Shown: positions 1 to 8,754 of the stretch, piece after piece | How positions within the stretch are numbered: the first letter of the stretch is position 1 | Layout of the letters: each line of letters begins with the position of its first letter | DNA from: Candidatus Komeilibacteria bacterium CG11_big_fil_rev_8_21_14_0_20_36_20 | Lineage (GTDB): Bacteria > Patescibacteriota > Patescibacteriia > UBA1558 > GWA2-36-10 | Assembly: GCA_002787405.1 (NCBI GenBank) | Contig: PCWQ01000009.1 | Span: 132 to 64,131, forward strand | Reading direction: 5' to 3' | DNA length: 64,000 bases | The notes under the pieces: generated by a model | Seen by the model: the letters and a program-made list of their open reading frames with translations, nothing else | What the model was told of the DNA's origin: nothing | The model's database searches: none | Made by a program: the position numbers and the translations under genes

Positions 1-1
1 T

Positions 2-166
2 CTGCAAAAGCTCATTCTGACTAGGATCGAAGAGCTTTGGGGGCCTATTAAAACAGCAAAAAGCCCGGAGTCATTTCTGGAATTAATAAAATGCGTGGTC
101 AAAGTGCCAGCTTTTCTTAAGACAGAGATGGATCAAAGGGCTCAAGAACTCTACGATGCTTTATAA
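2..166 (+). CDS. 3' end of a hypothetical protein (truncated by window edge)
   Basis: Open frame 2 (LQKLILTRIEELWG...ELYDAL*) ending TAA at 164-166, followed by a hairpin and T-tract at ~177-219. Confidence 0.55.
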   Translation: MQKLILTRIEELWGPIKTAKSPESFLELIKCVVKVPAFLKTEMDQRAQELYDAL

Positions 167-282
167 TCTCTTTTATAAAACTCCGGACAGATATATTCTG
201 CCTAGAGTTTTATTTTTTTAAAATAATTTTTTCTCTTACCAACTGGAATAACATTTTGGAGTTTGATTATTATATTATTATC

Positions 283-876
283 TCAAAAGGTTTTTATTTT
301 AAAAGGTTTGCCATGTCCTGGCACAATATAAGCAGCAATTTTTAAAATTTTTTCTCTGCTTTTATACAAGGCCTCTTGATCTTTGAGATAAGGGTCGTCT
401 AAATTAAGTAGACTAGTGTAGTCTGTTTTTTGTTTTGTGTTATCTGGCCACCAGAATAGGTCGGCGCAAATGGCCACCTTACCGAATTCTTCAGTGTTAA
501 CTAAGACAGCGCAGTGAAATTGGTCATGGCCGGGAGTAGAAATAATTTCAATATTGGTGCCTGGTATTTTTGAATCGTGAGGGGATATTTTTCCACTAAA
601 AGTATAAATATTGGAATTATCCAGTATTTTTGCATTATCAAAAAGAGCAGCTAAAAGGCAATGATCCAAGTGAGTATGGGTTAAAACAACAAAATTAATG
701 TCTTTCGGCTTAAGGCCTTCTTTGTCTAGAGCATTTAATAGTAATTGTTTATCCAGACCAACATCAATAAGGATTTTGAGATCATGGTCGCGAATAAGAG
801 TAACTGAAGAAGAGGCATATTCATCCTCGTCTTCTTCTCTAATATAGCCCTCAATCAGGACTTTGATTTTATTCAT
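283..876 (-). CDS. MBL-fold metallo-hydrolase
   Basis: THTHLDH (HxHxDH), TPGH and PGHG motifs. Confidence 0.85.
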   Translation of the reverse strand: MNKIKVLIEGYIREEDEDEYASSSVTLIRDHDLKILIDVGLDKQLLLNALDKEGLKPKDINFVVLTHTHLDHCLLAALFDNAKILDNSNIYTFSGKISPHDSKIPGTNIEIISTPGHDQFHCAVLVNTEEFGKVAICADLFWWPDNTKQKTDYTSLLNLDDPYLKDQEALYKSREKILKIAAYIVPGHGKPFKIKTF

Positions 877-891
877 ATAGAATTAGAATAA

Positions 892-2100
892 TTATGTGAT
901 TTGCCCGAATTTTCTTTTGCCGGCTTGAATAACATCTTGGGATTTAATCTGAATATCATTTTGCCAAGACGTTATTTTTTGATTATTAATTTTAAACCCC
1001 CCGCCTTCAATTAATCTTTTAGCTTCATTACGGGAAGGCACAAATTTTAACTCGATTAACAAGTTAATTGGATTTATTTTTCCAGGTGGGATTTTGTATG
1101 GCTGGATATTATTCGGTTGTTCTTTTTTAGCGAAGATTTTAATAAACTCTTGGCCGGTTTTTTCTGCTTCTTTTTCAGAATAATAAAAGCTGACAATTTC
1201 TTTAGCTAACTGAAATTTATAATCCCGCGGATTAGCTCCAACTTGCATTGATTGTTCTATTTTATCAATTTCAGTCATTGGCACGCGAGTACACAATTCA
1301 AAACCATTAACAATCATTTTATCCGTCCAAGACATTATTTTTCCAAACATATCAGTTGGGCTGTCGTTGAGATTAACCATATTACCTTCCGTCTTACCCA
1401 TCTTTATCCCTTTGACGTCAGCCAGTAATTTTAGAGTTAAGACAAATTTTTCTTTATTTAATAGACTTTTCATCAGAGTGCGGCCAGCCAGCATATTAAA
1501 AGTTTGATCATTGCCCCCCACTTCGCCATCAGTATTGAGCGCTACTGAATCATAGGCCTGCATCACCGGATACATCAATTCATGCAAACTAATCGGTTTA
1601 CCCTGTTGAATTCTTTTTTCAAACATATCCCGTTCTAGAAGTTGCTGGATTGTAAAGTGCGAGGATAATTTTAAGACTTCATCGAAATTCATCTGGTCAA
1701 ACCATTTGCCGTTATATTTTAACTGGGCTTTATTGCGTCCGTTAAAGCTGATAAATCTTTTAGCTTGTTTTTTATAATCTTTAGCATTCTCCAGAATTTG
1801 TCCTCGGTCCAAGGGCTGGCGGAGGGCTGTTTTGTCAGTTGGATCGCCGATAGTGGCTGTAAAATTACCAATGAGCAAAATTACCCGATGACCCAATTCT
1901 TGAAATTGGCGGAGTTTGTCCAAAATAATAGCGTGTCCTAAATGTAAGCTTGGGCCCGTAGGGTCAATTCCTAAATATAAGGTTAATTGTTGGCCTGATT
2001 TAAGTAGTTTTTTCAAATATTCTCCGCTAGGATAGATATTTTTCACGCCCCTAGTGATGAGAACTTGAATTTTTTCCGAATTTGTACTAATTTGGTTCAT
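892..2100 (-). CDS. tyrS: tyrosine--tRNA ligase
   Basis: YLGIDPTG..LHLGH (HIGH), KMGKT (KMSKS), C-terminal S4-like domain ending GKRKF. Confidence 0.97.
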   Translation of the reverse strand: MNQISTNSEKIQVLITRGVKNIYPSGEYLKKLLKSGQQLTLYLGIDPTGPSLHLGHAIILDKLRQFQELGHRVILLIGNFTATIGDPTDKTALRQPLDRGQILENAKDYKKQAKRFISFNGRNKAQLKYNGKWFDQMNFDEVLKLSSHFTIQQLLERDMFEKRIQQGKPISLHELMYPVMQAYDSVALNTDGEVGGNDQTFNMLAGRTLMKSLLNKEKFVLTLKLLADVKGIKMGKTEGNMVNLNDSPTDMFGKIMSWTDKMIVNGFELCTRVPMTEIDKIEQSMQVGANPRDYKFQLAKEIVSFYYSEKEAEKTGQEFIKIFAKKEQPNNIQPYKIPPGKINPINLLIELKFVPSRNEAKRLIEGGGFKINNQKITSWQNDIQIKSQDVIQAGKRKFGQIT

Positions 2101-2166
2101 AGGTGCTTAAATAAATTAGTAAATTATGTTTAAATTATAGCTTATTTTTGCTATAATTAAAACACT

Positions 2167-5079
2167 ATGTCAATGTCCCAGTTTCACAGTCGTAAAATAA
2201 GAGATAACCAATCAAGCTTTAATGTTCGGAGAATTACCGATTCGGTTAGTACTAAGAAAGAAAAGCGAGATCGTCAGCTTTCTTATCGTCAAGCATATAA
2301 AAGACCAAAATCAAGAGGAATTTGGCGAAAGGTTATTCGCAAGTTGTGGCCCTATGCTTTAGTGGTTGTTTTTTTATTTAGTATTTTTTTAATTGGTGCT
2401 TTTGCCTACTATTCTAAAGATCTACCTGATCCTTATAAAATTATGGATCGTTCGGTGGCCTTAAGTACTAAAATATATGATCGAACCGGAGAAGTTTTAC
2501 TTTACGAAATTCATGGCCCAGAAAAAAGAAGTTTAATCTCTATTAATGAATTGCCGGAGTATGTTAAAAATTCAACCATTGCTATAGAGGATAAGAATTT
2601 TTATGAGCACGGAGGAATTTCTATTAGAGGAATTATTCGCGGACAGATTATTCCTCGTCTTCGCGGACAGCGCGCTCAAGGCGGCTCTACCCTAACTCAA
2701 CAGTTTGTTAAAAATGCTATTTTAACTGACGAAAGAAAAGTATCAAGAAAGATTAAAGAATGGATTTTATCATATCGTTTAGAGCAAAAGTTTACCAAAG
2801 ACGAAATTTTACAATTATATCTTAATGAAATACCATACGGCAGTTCCGCTTATGGCGTGGAAGCAGCAGCGCAATATTATTTTGATAAAGCTGCTCCGGA
2901 ATTAAGTTTGGCGGAAGCAGCTGTCTTAGCTGCTCTACCGCAAGCGCCATCATATTATTCCCCCTATGGCAATAACAAAGATAAACTAATTGATCGTCAG
3001 CATACGGTTTTAAATTTGATGGTGGATCAAAATTATATTACTGAAGAAGAAGCTGAAGTAGCTAAACAAGAAGAATTGTTTTTTAAAAAAAGAACCGAAA
3101 ATATTAAAGCCCCTCATTTTGTTATGTATATTAAAGAGTTGTTAGAAAGTGAATACGGTAATACTATTATTGAACAGAGCGGTTGGGAAATTACTACCTC
3201 TTTAGATTGGGAGGCGCAGCAAAAGGCCGAAGCAGCCATTGAGGAGGTTGCTCCTCGTAATTTGGAAGAATATCAGGCCTCTAATGCCTCTCTGGTCGCT
3301 TTAGACGCCGAAACTAGTCAAATCTTAGCTATGGTTGGCTCTAAGGACTATTTTGACGATGAAATCGATGGTCAAGTAAATGTGGCAACTTCGCCTAGGC
3401 AACCGGGTAGTTCTCTTAAACCCTTAGTTTATCTCACCGCTTTTTCCAAGGGTTATCGACCAGAAACAGTCCTTTTCGATTTGGTGACTAATTTTGCCGC
3501 GGCGGGTGATGATTATATTCCCCATAACTATGATTCAGAGGAGCATGGTCCGGTTACTCTACGCCAAGCTTTGGCTGGTTCGCTTAATATTGCGGCGGTC
3601 AAAACTTTATATTTAGCTGGCGTTAATAACGTTTTAGATTTAGCTGAAGATTTTGGTTATTCTACTTTAAAAGATCGTGATCGTTTTGGCCTGTCTTTAG
3701 TCTTGGGTGGCGGTGAAGTTAAATTATTAGAGCACGTCAATGCCTATGCTAGTTTTGCTAGAGAGGGAGTCTATAAAGATAGTGTCGCTATTTTGAAAAT
3801 AGAGGATGCCAACGGTAAAGTTATTCAAGAAAATGATAGCAACAAAGGTCGCCGGGTGATGGATAAAAATTTTGTTAGAATTCTAAACAATGTTTTATCC
3901 GATAATTCAGCTCGGGCCTATGTCTTTGGCGAAAACAATAATTTAACCTTACCTGATCGTCCGGTTGCAGCTAAAACAGGCACGACCGATGATTATCATG
4001 ATGCTTGGACGATTGGTTTTACGCCGAATATTGTAGCTGGAGTTTGGGTGGGTAATAACGATAATACGGCAATGAAGCGGGGAGCCAGCGGTTCTAGTGT
4101 AGCGGCGCCGATTTGGAATAAATTTATGCGAGAAGTCACTAAAGATAGCCCAATTGAAGGTTTTAAAGAATATGAATTGGATAGTTGTGATAAAACTATG
4201 GTTTGTGGAAACTTTGCCAAGGAGAGCATTGTTAAAATTGATAAGATGTCAGGCAAGTTAGCTACTGAGTATACGCCTTATACTCAGATTGAAGAAAAAA
4301 AATATTTAGAGGTGCATAATATTTTACATTATGTCAATCGTAATGATCCCTTGGGCGAACCATTATCAGATCCTAATAGTGATTCGCAGTATAATTTGTG
4401 GGAGACACCTGTTTTGAAATGGGTTGAAGAGCAAGGATTTTTAACTGGTTCGCCTATTACAGAATATGATGATGTTCATTTACCGGAATTGCGACCTAAT
4501 ATTGTCTGGATAGCGCCTAATAATAATCAAGTTATTAATCAAGGAGTGGTCAGTTTAGAGGTAATAGCCAACGCACCGCGGGGAGTAAGGCGAGTGGAGT
4601 ATTTTATCGACGGGCAGAAGATAGGAGAGAGTACCAATTTTCCTTTTAGCTATGTTTATAGCATTAATCCTTTTTTAAATAATGGGCAGCATCAATTAGC
4701 GGCTATGGCTTTTGATGATTTAGATAATTTTAAAGAGGCAAGCATTAATATAAATTTACAATTAAATGATTCCAGCCGGAATTTTAATTTAGTCTGGCTT
4801 GATCCAGTTAATGGAAGCAACATCAAGATGGAGGATTTGCCAGTTGTTCTGCAATTATATGTTGATAATCCAGGGCAAATAAAAAAGATAGATTTTTATT
4901 ATCTATCGCCTGATGAGACGCCTCATTGGTTTGATTATATTCAGAACCCAACCAATAATAATTTATCAGTCAACTGGGGTGAGAATTTATCTTCAGGAGT
5001 TTATAAATTATATATGCTGATTAAAGACAGTTATGACCACTTAATTACTACCCCGGCGATTATTGTTAATATAGAATAA
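2167..5079 (+). CDS. class A penicillin-binding protein (PBP1A family) with C-terminal Ig-like domains
   Basis: TM helix; transglycosylase motifs EDKNFYEHGG and GGSTLTQQFVKN; transpeptidase SSLK, SLN, KTGT; Ig-like tail. Confidence 0.95.
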   Translation: MSMSQFHSRKIRDNQSSFNVRRITDSVSTKKEKRDRQLSYRQAYKRPKSRGIWRKVIRKLWPYALVVVFLFSIFLIGAFAYYSKDLPDPYKIMDRSVALSTKIYDRTGEVLLYEIHGPEKRSLISINELPEYVKNSTIAIEDKNFYEHGGISIRGIIRGQIIPRLRGQRAQGGSTLTQQFVKNAILTDERKVSRKIKEWILSYRLEQKFTKDEILQLYLNEIPYGSSAYGVEAAAQYYFDKAAPELSLAEAAVLAALPQAPSYYSPYGNNKDKLIDRQHTVLNLMVDQNYITEEEAEVAKQEELFFKKRTENIKAPHFVMYIKELLESEYGNTIIEQSGWEITTSLDWEAQQKAEAAIEEVAPRNLEEYQASNASLVALDAETSQILAMVGSKDYFDDEIDGQVNVATSPRQPGSSLKPLVYLTAFSKGYRPETVLFDLVTNFAAAGDDYIPHNYDSEEHGPVTLRQALAGSLNIAAVKTLYLAGVNNVLDLAEDFGYSTLKDRDRFGLSLVLGGGEVKLLEHVNAYASFAREGVYKDSVAILKIEDANGKVIQENDSNKGRRVMDKNFVRILNNVLSDNSARAYVFGENNNLTLPDRPVAAKTGTTDDYHDAWTIGFTPNIVAGVWVGNNDNTAMKRGASGSSVAAPIWNKFMREVTKDSPIEGFKEYELDSCDKTMVCGNFAKESIVKIDKMSGKLATEYTPYTQIEEKKYLEVHNILHYVNRNDPLGEPLSDPNSDSQYNLWETPVLKWVEEQGFLTGSPITEYDDVHLPELRPNIVWIAPNNNQVINQGVVSLEVIANAPRGVRRVEYFIDGQKIGESTNFPFSYVYSINPFLNNGQHQLAAMAFDDLDNFKEASININLQLNDSSRNFNLVWLDPVNGSNIKMEDLPVVLQLYVDNPGQIKKIDFYYLSPDETPHWFDYIQNPTNNNLSVNWGENLSSGVYKLYMLIKDSYDHLITTPAIIVNIE

Positions 5080-5083
5080 AATA

Positions 5084-5119
5084 AAAAAACACCTCTTAGA
5101 CAAAATTAGGTGTTTTTTT
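5084..5119. terminator. bidirectional intrinsic terminator
   Basis: AAAAAACACCT...AGGTGTTTTTT inverted repeat between convergent units. Confidence 0.7.
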
Positions 5120-5124
5120 ATTGA

Positions 5125-5366
5125 TTAGTAAAGTTCATCAGCATGTATTTTATTAGCTTGTTCTATAGTGAGGTCGTCGCCTCTGACATGAATGCGATTA
5201 AGGGTGTTGAAAAGAATTAGGAGAATGCCCAAAATTAAGTTTAAGAGGGAGAGCCAAAAAGGAAGATAAATATCCCATAGTTGGAACCAACTTACAATAG
5301 CTAGGGCAATTAAAAAAACCCAACAGTTACATTAAATGAAGTAGGACAGTAGCAACTTTTTTGCAT
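5125..5366 (-). pseudogene. frameshifted small membrane protein gene (~80 aa if restored)
   Basis: Strong SD GGAAGGAGGTGA + ATG at 5366; a stop appears at the T7 run (5312-5318); adding one base gives a 2-TM protein ending at TAA 5125. Confidence 0.55.
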
Positions 5367-5457
5367 AATATTCACCTCCTTCCTTTAAAATTAAAGAGGG
5401 AAACTATGGCTTTTCTTTTTTTATTCTAACCCCTTTTAGATGATTTGCCAAGTAGGC

Positions 5458-5706
5458 CTAATAATCAGCTAAGTCAAGATCTAAGCCGGTTATTTCTTTG
5501 GTAAATCTTTCTATGTCATAATCGGAAAAAGCAGTCTGTTTCATCAGGCGGGCAAAATCGCCGAGAGTTAGAGTCCTTTCTCCTAGTCGGCCGATTTTTC
5601 CCTCATACTGTTCATTAAATTTGTCTAAACTGGTGATAGAGTCAGTAGAGCGATATAATTTTTCAACAATGAGCTTTTGTTGATGGGGGTTTATGTATTG
5701 GGTCAT
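5458..5706 (-). CDS. hypothetical protein
   Basis: 82-aa ORF with plausible composition, divergent from rpsT. Confidence 0.65.
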   Translation of the reverse strand: MTQYINPHQQKLIVEKLYRSTDSITSLDKFNEQYEGKIGRLGERTLTLGDFARLMKQTAFSDYDIERFTKEITGLDLDLADY

Positions 5707-5783
5707 AGGGTTGACTTAATATTTAATTTGTGATATTCTTCTAGAAGTTTTATCTATCTTAATTTTAATCTAAAATTGAATTT

Positions 5784-6098
5784 ATGCCAAATAAGAAAGC
5801 TGCTATTAAGCATTTAAGACAAACTGTGAAACGGACACAAAGAAATTTTTTAGTTAAGAAAAATATTAAGGATATTATTAAAAAAGGCGAAAAAGCCATT
5901 GCCCAGGGTAAAATTAATGAGCGGGCCCAGGAGTTAACTCACAATCTGCAGAAAGCAGTTGATAAAGCCGTTAAGTCCGGCATTCTCAAATCCAATACCG
6001 GTAATCGTAAAAAATCCCGTTTTGCCACTCGACTGAAAAAAGCCGGCGTTAAAATTCCCGCTGCGAAAAAGCTGCAAAAAGAAGAAGTAAAAAAATAA
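5784..6098 (+). CDS. rpsT: 30S ribosomal protein S20
   Basis: MPNKKAAIKHLRQTVKR...DKAVKSGILKSNTGNRKKSR; promoter TTGACT-17-TATTCT at ~5711-5739. Confidence 0.93.
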   Translation: MPNKKAAIKHLRQTVKRTQRNFLVKKNIKDIIKKGEKAIAQGKINERAQELTHNLQKAVDKAVKSGILKSNTGNRKKSRFATRLKKAGVKIPAAKKLQKEEVKK

Positions 6099-6146
6099 TT
6101 GAATATAAAACAGCCCCTCTTTTGGGGTTGTTTTTATTTATTTTAT

Positions 6147-6344
6147 GTCTTTGCGAGGAGCCCAAAGGGCGACGCCTGCCTGCCGGCAGGCAGGCGGCAA
6201 ACTGACACGAAGTGTCATCTTGAGCGAAGTCGAGAGATCTAAGATATAAATAATCTATTATACTTATAGATACCTCGATAAACTCGGGACGATGCTACGC
6301 ATCGGATTGCCACGCCTCTCGACAAGCTCGAGGCTCGCAATGAC
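6147..6344. repeat. composite nested palindromic (REP/RPE-like) element
   Basis: Outer GTCTTTGCGAG...CTCGCAATGAC arms enclose CCTGCCTGCCGGCAGGCAGG (6175-6194), a GTCATCTTGAGCGAAGTCGAGAGATCT unit and CCTCTCGACAAGCTCGAGGC (6315-6334); GC-rich island in AT-rich DNA. Confidence 0.8.
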
Positions 6345-6436
6345 TATAATTTATCATGGATTGCGCTGACAACATGAGAATTTGATTTTTAAAGATAAAA
6401 ATAGTAAGATTTATTTAATATTAATAATAAAAATTT

Positions 6437-7801
6437 ATGATTAAATTTTTTGAAAAGTCTTTAATTTCAGATCCAAATCAAGAAATAGAGTCTGGTCAGG
6501 AGCGTCCAGCTCAGACCTTTTTTGACAAGATTAAGAGTAGAATTATTGATTATATATCGGATGTTTTTAAAGATGATCAAGATGAAAAAGAAATTAGGGG
6601 TTTCCAAGAACAATTAAAGGAGGGAATTTCTTCAAGTAAAGCTGCTGGGTAATTCTTTGAACACCTTATACCGGAAGCTATAAAAAGACCAGATAAAGAT
6701 TATCAACCTGACGATTTTTCTGGTTTTATAGCAAGTAATGAAAAAACCTTGGAGTTAGTAGATAAATTTGAAAGGGAAGTTATAAAATTATCAGATGGAC
6801 AGTTAAAAAAGTCAAAGAAAGAGTTGATATCAAACATGTCATTACCACAAGCATTTGAAGAAAAAGAGCTTTCTGACAATGCATTTCTTCAATCTAGGGA
6901 AGAAGAATATCAAGGTAGCTCTGGTAATAAAATTTTTGAAAGAGTTGAAAATTATTTGTGGGACGACGCTAACAGTGCTAGCTCATCTTTGATAGTAAAA
7001 ACTGAAGATAGGCGTCAATTGGAATTAAATTATTTATTACCTAAGGATTGTAGGTTTACTCCATCAAGCATGTTTAATCTCGAGTCTTATTTTGATGAAA
7101 AAGAACATGTTAAAAAGAATAAGATAATTCGTACTGATTTGAAAGAATATCAAGGCATGACAGAAGCCATTGATTATTTTGCTTGCCGTGGTGGCCTCGT
7201 AGAGTATGGAAACTTAACAAAAAAAGGCGGTATGCTCAGTTTATTACACGAAATAGCCCATGCTTGGCAAAATGTCTATTATGAGCATGAACACAATACA
7301 GCTAGGGCAAGTTATGAAGAGACGCACTGGTCTGTTTCTAGTTGGTTGCATATATTATCTGATTATAAGAAAGATTTTGATAGTGGTAATATGGACAAAG
7401 AAGAATTTGATAAACATTTAGCCCACGTGAAGAAAAGAACAAAAGAAGTTGGCATAGAATTTGATGAAAATAATTTTATTTATGATGGTAGGCCTTTAGA
7501 GGATGAAGAAATTGATATATATGATCGCTATCATAAGAAGACTTTTATTTTTAAATCAAAAAAATTTAAAGACATTACTGAAGATTATGTTGGGGAAGAA
7601 AGAAATGCTTGGGCTCATGCTATTAAGGTTTTGCGTTTTTTAAGGCAGCAAGGCATTGACCTTGAACCAGAAATGAAGACAGTTAAAGATTTTCAAGATA
7701 AAGTGCATAGTACCTTGTCAAGTTATCAGCAAAGTTTAGAAAAAGAAGCACATATAAATATGCCTCATAAAAAATTTACCAGTAAGGCTAAAGCTGCTTA
7801 A
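6437..7801 (+). pseudogene. zincin-like (HEXXH) protein interrupted by one in-frame TAA
   Basis: ORFs 6437-6652 and 6749-7801 are in the same frame and the intervening codons are open; LLHEIAHAWQ plus downstream EERNAW. Confidence 0.65.
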
Positions 7802-7805
7802 ATTT

Positions 7806-8750
7806 TTATAAACCATTAATCATCTGAGCAAAGAGAATCTTTTCTTGTCCGCTGGTGGTTTTAAATTTTTCATCCAAGAAGAAGAGCTGGCGGTAGATTT
7901 TTTTTAATTGTTGGGGGGTGTATAGTTTACTTTGATTAAGTGTTTTTTCAGCAATCCAATTCGGCAGCTTCAGGGCCTGGGCAAGAGCACTGGGATATTT
8001 CTGCTCCAGATGTTTTACTTTAATCAAGAGCCGGAATTGACGGATAATCATATTTAAGACATACTGGGGGCTGGTGCCGCTATTCAGTTGAGCTTCAATT
8101 AATTTTAAAGATAGAGCTTTGTTTTTATTACCTAGAGCGTCAATTAAATTAAAAATATTATCATCTATTTTGGCTTGCACTATAGCTTTAATTTCGTTTT
8201 CACTGATAGTTTGTTTAGCAAAGTGGATGAGTTTATTTACTTCCTGATTTAATTGCCAGAGATTATCACCAACATAACTAAGGAGCAAGTTAACTGCTTG
8301 GTCATCAATTGATTTTTTTTTGGCAGTTACTTGTTTTTTAATCCAAGCGCTTAATTGTTGAGGGGTTAAGGGGTTAAATTCTTCGGTAAATTTGAATTTT
8401 TTTAAAATTTTATACAATTTCAAGCGGTTGTCTGGTTTGTTAGTCTGCCAAAAGATAATATAATTTTCATCTTGATCATCTTTTTGTTTTTTTAGAAAAT
8501 CCAACAGACTATTTTGCCAAGCTGATATATTTTTATTATTAAAAATATTTTTAATAATAACCAATTTTTTAGTAGCTAAAAAACCAGCCGCTCTCACGGC
8601 CTGAAAGAAATCATCAGCAGAAATATCTTCACCATCCAATTGTTGGACATTTTGTCGGTTAGGATCAATTTCAGTTTGGAATTTTTTAACGATGGCCTCT
8701 ATTTTCTGATGAGCAAGAAAAGAATTTTCTCCGTAGTAAAAGAAGATCAT
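7806..8750 (-). CDS. holA: DNA polymerase III subunit delta
   Basis: MIFFYYGEN start, GFLATKKLVII, GDNLWQLNQEVNKL, NIFNLIDAL. Confidence 0.92.
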   Translation of the reverse strand: MIFFYYGENSFLAHQKIEAIVKKFQTEIDPNRQNVQQLDGEDISADDFFQAVRAAGFLATKKLVIIKNIFNNKNISAWQNSLLDFLKKQKDDQDENYIIFWQTNKPDNRLKLYKILKKFKFTEEFNPLTPQQLSAWIKKQVTAKKKSIDDQAVNLLLSYVGDNLWQLNQEVNKLIHFAKQTISENEIKAIVQAKIDDNIFNLIDALGNKNKALSLKLIEAQLNSGTSPQYVLNMIIRQFRLLIKVKHLEQKYPSALAQALKLPNWIAEKTLNQSKLYTPQQLKKIYRQLFFLDEKFKTTSGQEKILFAQMINGL

Positions 8751-8754
8751 AGGT

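Noticed and set aside
6147..6344. Possible CRISPR array or IS element
   Set aside because: No regularly spaced identical repeats, no cas or transposase gene, no clear target duplication.
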